From Elusimicrobiota bacterium (GTDB taxonomy: Bacteria; Elusimicrobiota; Elusimicrobia; Elusimicrobiales; UBA9959), in NCBI GenBank assembly GCA_030651035.1, contig JAUSCK010000277.1:7711-71710 (forward strand): a stretch of DNA of 64,000 nucleotides. The letters are read 5' to 3'. Under the pieces are notes generated by a model that saw only the letters and a program-made list of their open reading frames with translations, had not been told where the DNA came from and did no database searches. How positions within the stretch are numbered: position 1 is the first letter of the stretch; each line of letters begins with the position of its first letter. Positions 42,002-49,887 of this stretch are shown piece by piece. Made by a program: the position numbers and the translations under genes.

Positions 42002-44301
42002 GAGCGGTCGGCCTGGAGAGAGTCGAAAATGGACAGGGAAGGCGACCCGTGCGCCCAGCGGTATTCCAGCACGGGGCGGTCGTCGGAGTGGAGGTAAGGC
42101 GGCGCGAAGCCGTTATCCTCATTAAGCTTTTTCTCGAACTCGCGCGAATACCGGAAAGCCTCGCTGAAAAAAGCGCGGGGGTCGCTTATCCCGAGCCGCC
42201 TCATTTCCGCGAGCATACGCGGGCCCGCCCGCTCCAGGCTGACCGGCGCGTCCTCCAGCGGCCCGGCGAAAGCCACTACGTTGAAATCCTTGCCGTAGGC
42301 GGGGAAATACAGCACGGTGGAGAACACCGAGCGCAGCCCCCGGGAAAGCAGCAGTATATCGTTGCCGTGTACGAGCTGGGTGTACGCGCCGCCGGGGTTT
42401 AGCCGGGACTTTGCCAGCCGCCAGAAGTCCACGGTATAAAGCGAAGAGGAACCCGGCAGGTACGGGTCGAGCACGTTCACGCTGATCACGTCGTAGGTGC
42501 GCTCCTCCGCAGCCAGCAGGCGGCGGCCGTCCCCGGCCAGGAGCTCCGCGCGATCGTCATTGTAGTAGCCGGAATTGAATTCCTGGAAAAGGCGCTGGAT
42601 GCGCAGAAAGAACGGCAGGATCTCGATGGTACGCATCTCGCGGACGCCCTCCGCCTGCAGGAAGGCCCCGGCCGTAAGGCCGAACCCGGTGCCGATGTTC
42701 AGCACGCTCTCGCAGCGCCTGGCGAGCAGGCAGGAGAAGTACGCGGGGGTTTTCTGCGCATAGCTGGTAGCGGGGTTCCCGAGCGGGTTGACCAGGCTGA
42801 GCCGGTTATTGCGGACCTTCAGCCCGTCGGGACCGCGCACCGCGACCTGTATGCCGTATTCATCCTCGTTGCTGTCAAGCAGGGTTTCGCCCTGCTTGAG
42901 GAAGATGAAGTTCTTAGGCGAGAGCTGCCAGCCTAAAGCCAGGGCCGCCAGGCTTGCGGCGGCCGCGGAAGCCAGCCGCCTATTTTCAAGCAGCGCGGTG
43001 AAACAGGCGAGCGCCGCCAGCACCGCCACGCCGGAGGCGGCGACAAAGCCGTAAGCGGTGCCGATTCTTGCCGGCAGCCACAGCCCGCCGTACACCGCGC
43101 CGAGCGCGGCGCCGAGCGAACTGGCCGCGAACAGGAGGCCGGAAAGCCTGCCGGGCCGCCCGCTCTCAGTCTCGGCGGCCTGGAGCAGGACCGGGAAGAC
43201 GGCTCCAAGCGCCACTACGCCCGGCCCCATGGCCAGGAGGGTGAGGGAGATCCTGCCCGCCCCGCTGTTCCCCGGCAGCCAGGACGGGAACAGGGCGCCG
43301 CCGACGATCGCATGCGCCAGCCCGGCGCCCGCCGGGTGCAGGAAAGCGGAAATGGAAAGCAGGAAGGCGGCGATGAGGAGGGCGCCGCGCCTGCCCCGCA
43401 CTTTTTCCGCAGCGGCCAAAGTGCGGGGCCTGCCGCCCCAGCGGCGGCCTGCGAAACGGGCTAAAGAGCAGCCCAGGACAAGGCAGGACAGGTAAATGGC
43501 CAGCAGCAGCGAAATGGCCAAAGTCCGGTCGCCCAGGTAAAATTTGGCTACCCTTCCCCAGAGCAGCTCATAGCACAGCGACAGCGCACCGGACAGAAAG
43601 GCCAGGGCCAGGAAGGGCGCGGCCGGAAACGGCAGACTTTTCTCAGGCGGCAGCCCGCCGTTTTGGGGGATGTCCCCGGCTCCGGACACAGCAAACCCCA
43701 GCAAGGCCGCCGCTGCGTACATGAACAGCGCCAGGTCGGCGGTCCCGGAAACACCGAACAGCCAGAGCAGCGCAAAACCGCAGGCGAGCGCCCCGACGGC
43801 CCCGCCGGCCGTATTTACCGCGTACAAAGCGGCCGCCTCGTCCCCCGCTTTCTTCCCCTCTTTCAAAGCGCCGACGATAACGGGGAAACCTATCCCCATC
43901 GGGACGGCCGCCAGCAGGATAAGCGCAAGGGCCTGCGCGGAGGTCACCGTGTCGCCATGCCGGAGAAGCGCCCAGACCGCCAGGCGCCCGAATAGCCCGG
44001 CGGAAAGGTTAACGGCGGAAAGGGTCAGGAGGGGTCTGCGGAGGAAAGGCAAAAGCAGGCTTCCCAGCCAGGAACCGAGGGCTAGCGCCAGTATGAACGC
44101 GGCAAAAACGGCGGTCATGGCCGCGGCGGTCGAACCGGCTATATTGGAATAGAGCCGGGTTAAAAGGACTTCGAAGACCAGCCCCCCGGCGCCGGAAATA
44201 AAAAAAAGCGTTTTGAGCCAGAAAAGCCTGCTCCTGCGGGAAAAACAGCGATAAAGGGGGTCCTCACCGAGGATAGCGCGCAGCCCGGCCAGGCTGATCA
44301 T
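41998..44301 (-). CDS. Fused polytopic membrane / spermidine-synthase-fold protein (paralogue)
   Basis: 767 aa. ISGAGGLVFEVLLTRLYS plus multiple TM segments, then VLNIGTGFGLTAGA...EILPFF...YDVISVNVLDPYLPGSSSLYTVDFW. It has a 4-nt ATGA overlap with the downstream paralogue. Confidence 0.7.
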   Translation of the reverse strand: MISLAGLRAILGEDPLYRCFSRRSRLFWLKTLFFISGAGGLVFEVLLTRLYSNIAGSTAAAMTAVFAAFILALALGSWLGSLLLPFLRRPLLTLSAVNLSAGLFGRLAVWALLRHGDTVTSAQALALILLAAVPMGIGFPVIVGALKEGKKAGDEAAALYAVNTAGGAVGALACGFALLWLFGVSGTADLALFMYAAAALLGFAVSGAGDIPQNGGLPPEKSLPFPAAPFLALAFLSGALSLCYELLWGRVAKFYLGDRTLAISLLLAIYLSCLVLGCSLARFAGRRWGGRPRTLAAAEKVRGRRGALLIAAFLLSISAFLHPAGAGLAHAIVGGALFPSWLPGNSGAGRISLTLLAMGPGVVALGAVFPVLLQAAETESGRPGRLSGLLFAASSLGAALGAVYGGLWLPARIGTAYGFVAASGVAVLAALACFTALLENRRLASAAAASLAALALGWQLSPKNFIFLKQGETLLDSNEDEYGIQVAVRGPDGLKVRNNRLSLVNPLGNPATSYAQKTPAYFSCLLARRCESVLNIGTGFGLTAGAFLQAEGVREMRTIEILPFFLRIQRLFQEFNSGYYNDDRAELLAGDGRRLLAAEERTYDVISVNVLDPYLPGSSSLYTVDFWRLAKSRLNPGGAYTQLVHGNDILLLSRGLRSVFSTVLYFPAYGKDFNVVAFAGPLEDAPVSLERAGPRMLAEMRRLGISDPRAFFSEAFRYSREFEKKLNEDNGFAPPYLHSDDRPVLEYRWAHGSPSLSIFDSLQADRS

Positions 44302-44314
44302 TGCCGGAGACCGC

Positions 44315-45664
44315 TCACAGGCCGGCCGGCCATACGGGCGGGACCTCGTACCAGGAGTCGGAGACTATGTCAACCCCCTGCAGCAGTATGCCGGTCGCCA
44401 CCTGGTCGTCGTAATAAATGCCCATGGTGGAAGTGCCCATGGTGGCGTCATGGGCGCTCATCAGCACGCCGTTGATATTGCAGTTGCCGCCGCCCACAAG
44501 GCCCTGGTCCCCCCCGGTATAAATAAAACCGTGTATGATCACATTGTCCAAGGTGTAGGTTTTATTGGCGGCCAGGTAGTTGGAGCTCAAAGCCGCCGCG
44601 TAAGTGGCCGGGGCCCCGCTAACCACAGGGTCGAAGGTCAGGTAATGCGCCCAGTTATTCCCATATTCCTTCCACGCCTCGGACGGCAGGCGGGCGGCAT
44701 ATTTGCCGGCGGCGCCGGCGGCGCCCCCGAAAGCCAGATCCCCGAGGACGATAACGGTGCCCCTGATGAATTGCGAAGAGCCGGCGCTGAAAGTGGCGTC
44801 CCCGGTTATGTAGTAGGTTTTATTGGTGATATCGTTGCAGCCGGAGAAAGTCGCATTCCCGACCCTGTAATAGGTGGAAGCTTTGGCGTTGCCGCAGCCA
44901 GTCGGGGCCGCGCCGCTGGCCGTGGCCGAGGCCAGGTAAGAGGAAAATTTGATATTCGGCAGCGGCGGGATGGCGTAATAAGACCACCAGTAAACATTGT
45001 CCGTATTGGAGGTGGTAGAGCCGCCGTCCTGCGGCGTTACATGCCCGGCGCTGTAATACCGGGGGAAGGTGCGGGCGGTGGCATCGATGGAGTTGCCGGA
45101 CACTACCGACCCCCACTCTATATGGTCGTTGCCCCCGGTATTGGATACCAGGTTGGAGGCCCGGGTGGCGAAGTCGGCGGCGTTGCCGTTAAGCAGCACC
45201 TGCTTTATGCGGCGGGCCTGGGCGCGGGTTTTATCCCTCCCCACCGATTCCACTATGCGCTTGTCGGGGTCTGTAGGGTGAGAAGTGATGTTTATAGCGT
45301 AGGTGCCGCCGTCCTCGGCGGTATAAACCTTGTCGAAATGGTAGCCGGCTAGCGTGCCGGTTGAAGTGATCGTCCACATATCGTCATTCTCAAGCAGCTT
45401 CCAGCGCGCCCTGTCCACCCCGGCCTCGGCCATGTGGAAAGCCGCCGTGGCTTTTTTCTCCTTTACCGACCACTTGCCCTCGTTCTGCACGAACATGTTC
45501 ATAACAGGGAACATCAGCAGAAGGAAAAGCATTATGACGATGACCATGGTCATGGCCATCTGGCCCGGCCGGGAGGCAAAGGATAAAGGATAAAGGATAA
45601 AGGATAAAGGGCGGCGGACCAAAGCCGAAAGCACTTTCCCGCCCGAATTTTCTATTCTTTTCAT
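44315..45664 (-). CDS. PilX-like minor pilin / pilus assembly protein
   Basis: SRPGQMAMTMVIVIMLFLLLMF ... AFHMAEAGVDRARWKLL resembles the PilX N-terminal domain, followed by a large Gly/Thr/Ala-rich C-terminal region. ATG 45664 is preferred; the track start at 45700 is GTG. Confidence 0.55.
   Translation of the reverse strand: MKRIENSGGKVLSALVRRPLSFILYPLSFASRPGQMAMTMVIVIMLFLLLMFPVMNMFVQNEGKWSVKEKKATAAFHMAEAGVDRARWKLLENDDMWTITSTGTLAGYHFDKVYTAEDGGTYAINITSHPTDPDKRIVESVGRDKTRAQARRIKQVLLNGNAADFATRASNLVSNTGGNDHIEWGSVVSGNSIDATARTFPRYYSAGHVTPQDGGSTTSNTDNVYWWSYYAIPPLPNIKFSSYLASATASGAAPTGCGNAKASTYYRVGNATFSGCNDITNKTYYITGDATFSAGSSQFIRGTVIVLGDLAFGGAAGAAGKYAARLPSEAWKEYGNNWAHYLTFDPVVSGAPATYAAALSSNYLAANKTYTLDNVIIHGFIYTGGDQGLVGGGNCNINGVLMSAHDATMGTSTMGIYYDDQVATGILLQGVDIVSDSWYEVPPVWPAGL
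45578..45612 (+). repeat. Four perfect AAAGGAT heptamers plus AAAGGGC inside the PilX-like 5' region
   Basis: aaaggat x4 at 45578-45605. It encodes PLSFILYPLSFA in the putative leader. Confidence 0.9.
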
Positions 45665-45700
45665 TATTTTTTCAACCTTCCCACTCCCCGCCGTTTCCAC

Positions 45701-45728
45701 CCTTCATCCCTCAGCCTTCATCCTTTCC
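45701..45728 (-). repeat. RARGGAT word array in the pseudopilin/PilX-like spacer
   Basis: The minus strand reads GGAAAGGATGAAGGCTGAGGGATGAAGG. It is complementary to the array at 45578-45612 and 23/27 identical to the element at 54438-54460. Confidence 0.85.
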
Positions 45729-45730
45729 TG

Positions 45731-46243
45731 CTAGTTCATTATCCTCACTTTTTCCACGGCCATCTGCAGGGCCTTGGTGCCGCCCTCATAGGTGGCTTTT
45801 TCAAAGGTTAAGGAGATAGAGAGTATGGTGCCGTCGTCGGTGCGGGGGTAGGTGAAGGCGATATAGCGCAGGTTGTTGGCTATCATCTTGCCGCTGACGC
45901 CGCCCCGGGCCTGGAAGAGCTGGGTGCCCTGCTGGTAGTAAGACATAGTCTCCAGGGCGCCGGCTGAATTGTACTTTATAAAGGTTATGCGGGAATGCGG
46001 CGGCTGTCCTGAAACCGAGTCTATGACAAGGCTGGCAGCCTGCGCCTGGCGCAGGTCCCTGTTGATATTGGCCAGCGCCCCGCGGGCGTTTTTCTGTATC
46101 TCCACGCGGGCCGTCATCAGCTGCACGAACTGGAAAACCTTGGTGAATGTTTTTGGCGCGGCTATCATTACCACTCCCATGATAGCCACCACCACCATCA
46201 TCTCTATCATGGTGAAACCGCGTTTTGAGCTTATGGTTCTCAT
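45731..46243 (-). CDS. Prepilin-type N-terminal cleavage/methylation domain protein (GspJ/PilW-like pseudopilin)
   Basis: MRTISSKRG/FTMIEMMVVVAIMGVV carries the canonical G/FTxIE motif with Glu+5. 170 aa. Confidence 0.85.
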   Translation of the reverse strand: MRTISSKRGFTMIEMMVVVAIMGVVMIAAPKTFTKVFQFVQLMTARVEIQKNARGALANINRDLRQAQAASLVIDSVSGQPPHSRITFIKYNSAGALETMSYYQQGTQLFQARGGVSGKMIANNLRYIAFTYPRTDDGTILSISLTFEKATYEGGTKALQMAVEKVRIMN

Positions 46244-46247
46244 AAGG

Positions 46248-48818
46248 TCACCAGAAAAAATTGGCCGTCTTTGCTTCGGCTAGGGCCACGCTTACTGCAA
46301 GTGACTCCTGGCGGACGGTGGTGGGCACTACACCTCTCCAGGTGGTATACCAGGCGTAAACATTGTAGCTGTAGCCGCCCTTAACCGGGATAGTGTAATT
46401 GCCCAGCGCGTTGCTGGAAGCGGCGTAATAGATGCCGGTGCCTCCGCGCAGGGCCGAGTTTATAGTAGGCGGGGCGGCGCCGGCAGCCAGGGTGGCGGTG
46501 GTAACATAAACAAGCACCCCGGTGGTTATCACCGGGCCCGCGGCGCTGCCCGTGCGCACGCTGCCGCTCATGGAGCCGAACGCCCCGGAAATAGTATAGG
46601 TGGAGGAGAAAGCCGTCAGGCCGGCCGCAATCGTGACCGTAGTGCTGGAGGGGGAAGAGCTCTCTCCCGCCTCCAACTGGGGCACCACCACATAGGTGCC
46701 GGTGGAAACGCCCGAGCCGGAAATAGTGAAATAGCCGTCGGCGCCGCTTATGCCGCTGCCCTGTTCCACCCCGCCCTTGAGCCCCACCACCGGGATATTC
46801 GGCAGCGGGTCAGTGCCGTTGGTGGTTATCCGGCCGCGTATCCGGCCGCCGTAGTAAAGAGAGAAGTTCACGTCCTTTACCGCCTGGCCTATGCCCACGT
46901 TCACATCCGCGGAGGAAAGTTCCACATAGCTGGGACTTTGGCTCTGGTAGTTGGCTATCACGGTCATTACTCCGGCCGTCACGGGCAGGGTATAGCGGCC
47001 GCTCGCGTCGGTGGCTACCTGCGGGTTGCCGGATGAAAACATCTTTATGCCGGGAAGCGCGGTCCCGTAGACATTGGCGACCCGCCCGGTGACATAGCCG
47101 AAGGTCGTGATCGTGGACAGGCGGATGAAGCTGCCGGCAGAGTCGCTGAAGCTGTTCCAGGTTTTGCCGTAATAGGCCACGCTGGAAAAAGCCACGCCGC
47201 TCGAGAGATAAACCGTCCAAGAGCCGGTGGCCACGTTGACCAGGTTGAAGTAACCGTAGGAACTGGCCGTCACCGGGAAGGAAAGCCCGTCGTCGGCGAA
47301 GACCAGCGCGCCGTCCGCGGTCTGGCCGGTAACGCAGGGCTCCGAGTAAGAACTGTTATTCGGCTGGTCGACCAGCGGGAAGCTGATGCGGAAGTCGACA
47401 TAATTCATGTTGGAGTCGGAACAGCGCGCTTCGCCCGGGTTGTTCGCATACCGCACGCTGGTCCGGACAAACCCCATGCCGGGCTCCAGCCCGTTTTGGT
47501 TCTCGGTATAGGGCGGGAGGGGCACCCGCCAGTAGATGGAAAAAACCTCGTACCAGCCGAAGTCCGGGCTGTAACCGTTGTTGAGGGAATACCAACCCAC
47601 CCTGTCAATTATCTGGCCGGTAACTTTGTTATCGAGTATCACGCCGCCCGGGAAGGAAGGGACGCCGGTCTTGATGACGTTGTCCTGGTTGGCCCAGTTG
47701 GAATCACTGTCATAGACCGCGTCGGCCTGGCGGGTGACGCCGACGGCCGTAATGGTGCCGGTATTGGCGAACAGGAAATAGGTGTTGGAAGACAGGCTGA
47801 CGGTGCGGTAGTCGAAGTCCGGCGCGATCTCGGTGACGTTTTTTTCCTTATATCTGATGCCCACCACCTCGTTGGCGCCGGTGCCGAGCCCTGTGGCCAT
47901 GGTCCAGGTCCAGGTGGTAGGGTTGTAGACCTCCACCCACTCGTCGTCACCGGTGGCGGTGGCCGAGCTGCCCACGATCTGGCTGATGACGAGGCGGTCC
48001 GCAATATGTGCGTAGCCCCATATCGAGCCGCTGTTCATCTGGGTAAGCGTGAAATCTTTTCCGGTGGCGTTCTGGGCGGAGAGTACCCCGAAAGAGGAAA
48101 GCGTGCCCGTGAAATAGCCGCTCTTGGTGGCCAGCAGGGTATAGGTGCCGGGCTCTATGGTGAAGTAGTACTCCCCGTTGACGTCGGTTACACCGTATTT
48201 CGAGGGGTTTTCCTGCGCGCGCACTATCACGTCCTGCAGGTGGGCGCCGCCGCTGGAGTGCACGGTGCCTCTTATGGAGGCGCTCAGATTGACGCGTTCC
48301 GGGTTTTCCCGCATGTTCCGTATCTCCAGTTTGCGCCATTCCCCGCGCTCAAACCAGGCCACATAAACCTTGACCTCCTTAAGCCCGGGATCCGGCTCGT
48401 CCCAGGCGAGGTAGTCGAGGCTGCCGTCGGCAGCTTCATTAACCTTTCTTACATAGACCCGCCGGATAAAATTCAGGCCGCCCACGTTCACCGTCTCCTG
48501 GCCGTTCGGGGCGCGGTCATAGACCATCTCGCCCGCTGGGAAATTATCGTCGGAAACCGGGTCAGTTGTGACGAGCACCCTGTAATAGGATTTATTCTTA
48601 AGGTACTCAATCCTTTCCTGCGCGATGTTGTTGGCCAGCGAGCGGGTTTTGGCGGACTGCACGCCCACGTTGAAGTACTTGAAAGCCCCGATCATGCCCA
48701 GCACGCCCACTGACATCACGACCATGGCTACCTTGAGTTCCACAAGGGTCCCGCGGGCGCGCCGGCGCGCCGGTGCGCCGGAGAATATCCGGCTTAAATG
48801 TTTCACAACTCTTGTCAT
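46248..48818 (-). CDS. PilV-like minor pilin fused to a large adhesin-like region (CarboxypepD_reg-like and lamin-tail-like)
   Basis: RRRARGTLVELKVAMVVMSVGVLGMIGAF...SLANNIAQERIEYLK is PilV-like but degenerate (no G-F). It also has GTVHSSGG..LQDVIVRAQE...TDVNGEYYFTIEPGTYTLLATKSGY and a lamin-tail motif DDEWVEVYNPT. ATG 48818 has GAGGGA 7 nt upstream; the alternative ATG is 48848. Confidence 0.6.
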   Translation of the reverse strand: MTRVVKHLSRIFSGAPARRRARGTLVELKVAMVVMSVGVLGMIGAFKYFNVGVQSAKTRSLANNIAQERIEYLKNKSYYRVLVTTDPVSDDNFPAGEMVYDRAPNGQETVNVGGLNFIRRVYVRKVNEAADGSLDYLAWDEPDPGLKEVKVYVAWFERGEWRKLEIRNMRENPERVNLSASIRGTVHSSGGAHLQDVIVRAQENPSKYGVTDVNGEYYFTIEPGTYTLLATKSGYFTGTLSSFGVLSAQNATGKDFTLTQMNSGSIWGYAHIADRLVISQIVGSSATATGDDEWVEVYNPTTWTWTMATGLGTGANEVVGIRYKEKNVTEIAPDFDYRTVSLSSNTYFLFANTGTITAVGVTRQADAVYDSDSNWANQDNVIKTGVPSFPGGVILDNKVTGQIIDRVGWYSLNNGYSPDFGWYEVFSIYWRVPLPPYTENQNGLEPGMGFVRTSVRYANNPGEARCSDSNMNYVDFRISFPLVDQPNNSSYSEPCVTGQTADGALVFADDGLSFPVTASSYGYFNLVNVATGSWTVYLSSGVAFSSVAYYGKTWNSFSDSAGSFIRLSTITTFGYVTGRVANVYGTALPGIKMFSSGNPQVATDASGRYTLPVTAGVMTVIANYQSQSPSYVELSSADVNVGIGQAVKDVNFSLYYGGRIRGRITTNGTDPLPNIPVVGLKGGVEQGSGISGADGYFTISGSGVSTGTYVVVPQLEAGESSSPSSTTVTIAAGLTAFSSTYTISGAFGSMSGSVRTGSAAGPVITTGVLVYVTTATLAAGAAPPTINSALRGGTGIYYAASSNALGNYTIPVKGGYSYNVYAWYTTWRGVVPTTVRQESLAVSVALAEAKTANFFW

Positions 48819-48928
48819 TACCTGATCCCTCACCCGGAACAAAACCATTATAGATACTCTATTACAAAAAAATCAAGGGGGAAACAAAAAAAAATCAAAT
48901 TTCGGCCAAATCCCATAGAGCAAATGGT

Positions 48929-49040
48929 ACGAATAGTTGCGAATAACACGAATGGCTGCCAATTTTTGACAAGACAAATAAATTTCGTTGTATTCGCTAT
49001 TAATTCGCGCAATTCGCTTTGATTATTCGTCCTATTCGCT
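48929..49040. repeat. CGAATA / TATTCG inverted word arrays
   Basis: acgaatagttgcgaataacacgaatgg, then a 28-nt spacer, then tttcgttgtattcgctattaattcgcgcaattcgctttgattattcgtcctattcgc. Confidence 0.8.
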
Positions 49041-49041
49041 T

Positions 49042-49770
49042 TTACGGGTACGCGCCCGCGTCCTCTTCGTCCGGGGCGGCTTCCTTGCCGGTGGGCGCGG
49101 CGCCGGCCGGCTCCTCCTCTTCGGCGGCAGCCGGCTTCTTCTTCAGCGTCCGCTTCTTTTTGGGCGCGGGCGGGGCTTCCTTGTCCACCATGGTCTGCCC
49201 GGCCTCGTCCTCGCCCGGGGCGGCCTCGGCTTCCTCCGCGGGGGCCTTCCTGCGCTTGACCAGGCGTTTCTTTTTCCCGGACTTAGCCGCGCCTCCCGCC
49301 TGTTTTCCCTGGACCGCGGCGCCGCCTCCCGCCGCGGCCGTCTTTTTCGCGGTTGCCAGCAGCTCGTCATAGCTTTCGCGCTGCGCGTCGTCCAGGAATT
49401 CGCGTATGTCGTCGGGCAGCTGCCGCTTCAGCTTCAGCATCTCGTGGCGGGTGGCGTTCACCTTGTAGCGCCATTTTTTTTCTTCGGCGTCGCTCTTGTC
49501 GAAATCCTTCATAAGCTTGTCGAATTCTTTCGTCTTCTTGTTGATCACCGCGGCTATGCGGTCCTCCTGCTTGGAGCTCAGGCGCAGGGCGGTCGAGAGC
49601 TCGGACATTATCTTCTCGGCGTCCGGCCTCTGCACCGGTTCCAGGCTGTCCGGGGAGCCCGCTTTTGCGCCCTTTGCCGCGGGCGCGCCTTCCAGGTCAG
49701 CCGTGCTGAGCTCCTGGGAATAGGCCGCGGACGGCAGGCACAGCAGCGCTACTATAATAAGTTTCTTCAT
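49042..49770 (-). CDS. Secreted helical protein with LTxxQ-like motifs (Spy/CpxP-like?) and a Lys/Ala/Pro/Glu-rich tail
   Basis: MKKLIIVALLCLPSAAYSQE signal peptide with AGGAGGA 8 nt upstream of ATG 49770 (the track start at 49830 is TTG). LSSKQ and LDDAQ motifs, and a low-complexity C-terminus. Confidence 0.55.
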   Translation of the reverse strand: MKKLIIVALLCLPSAAYSQELSTADLEGAPAAKGAKAGSPDSLEPVQRPDAEKIMSELSTALRLSSKQEDRIAAVINKKTKEFDKLMKDFDKSDAEEKKWRYKVNATRHEMLKLKRQLPDDIREFLDDAQRESYDELLATAKKTAAAGGGAAVQGKQAGGAAKSGKKKRLVKRRKAPAEEAEAAPGEDEAGQTMVDKEAPPAPKKKRTLKKKPAAAEEEEPAGAAPTGKEAAPDEEDAGAYP

Positions 49771-49793
49771 TGTTTTTCCTCCTGACTGCAAAT

Positions 49794-49887
49794 CACACGA
49801 ATGACTGCGAATACCTCGAATAATTACCAAAAATGGTCGCTAATGAGTTTATGATCCGTTGTTGTTATTCGTCTCATTCGCTATTCC
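49794..49887. repeat. CGAATA / TATTCG inverted word arrays
   Basis: cacacgaatgactgcgaatacctcgaataatt ... gttattcgtctcattcgctattcc, spanning the GT2 stop to the start of the next gene. Confidence 0.8.
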
